A stretch of 64,000 nucleotides of DNA from Eledone cirrhosa (taxonomy: Eukaryota): positions 100,998,001 to 101,062,000 of the forward strand of contig OZ024746.1 in the NCBI GenBank assembly GCA_964016885.1, written 5' to 3'. The stretch's first letter is position 1, and every line of letters begins with the position of its first letter. The notes beneath the pieces were generated by a model. It worked only from the letters and a program-made list of their open reading frames with translations, searched no databases and was not told the origin of the DNA. Positions 63,640-64,000 of this stretch are shown here, piece by piece. Both the position numbers and the translations under genes were made by a program.

Positions 63640-64000
63640 GGACCCTGATTCCCTCGGGGAAGTGGACCTACTCAATATGTTGAAAAGGAGTAGGCATCTA
63701 TACAATGTACACAAGTGATGTAGTGGGATAACAGATAGGGAAGACATTGTAGATATACAAGGTAAATCGAGGGGAAGAGGATCAGTGAAATAAACCTTTT
63801 TGAATCACAGGAGGATGTCATAGCTTCCGTTGTCTAGGTGACTTAGCAGCAGAAGAGGGTGCAGCTAGAATAAGGATACGATAGAAGTTTGGAGAGCTAC
63901 TCCCACTTTTGACAACAAAAGGTTTCTCACTATGTATGAAAGGATGACTGTATGGTGCATGTGTGTGGGGTGCGATGTCACATGGTAGTGAGACATGGGT
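63640..64000 (+). mobile_element. Decayed RTE RT fragment
   Basis: RTLIPSGKW..VDSF-like..ARIR..FGELLPLLTTKGFS..HGSETW. Confidence 0.75.

Overview
Repeat-rich eukaryotic genomic DNA. The SINE, RTE-LINE and microsatellite content looks like an octopod cephalopod (inferred from recalled repeat families, not from a search). Two host genes lie head to head. (1) A 5-exon minus-strand gene (CDS 44986-10860, 348 aa, every intron phase consistent) encodes two N-terminal transmembrane helices and a disordered tail with 14 RG-x-P tetrapeptides. (2) A plus-strand MNS1-like ciliary coiled-coil gene begins with an ATG-only exon at 59076 and exon 2 at 62735-62941. Most of the rest is transposons and tandem repeats: one near-intact and several decayed RTE LINEs, a CRE-clade RLE retrotransposon, CR1-like and R4-like fragments, two Helitron remnants, mariner and hAT non-autonomous elements, many tRNA-derived SINEs, and large minisatellites. 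The long repeat ORFs, including the 3022-aa one, are artefacts. Highlights: PHD fingers in two unrelated retrotransposon clades (CRE N-terminus, RTE reverse transcriptase), Penelope-type hammerhead ribozyme motifs beside and inside fold-back repeats upstream of gene 1, and the uncharacterised RG-repeat membrane protein. All calls were made by eye; transposon boundaries are approximate.
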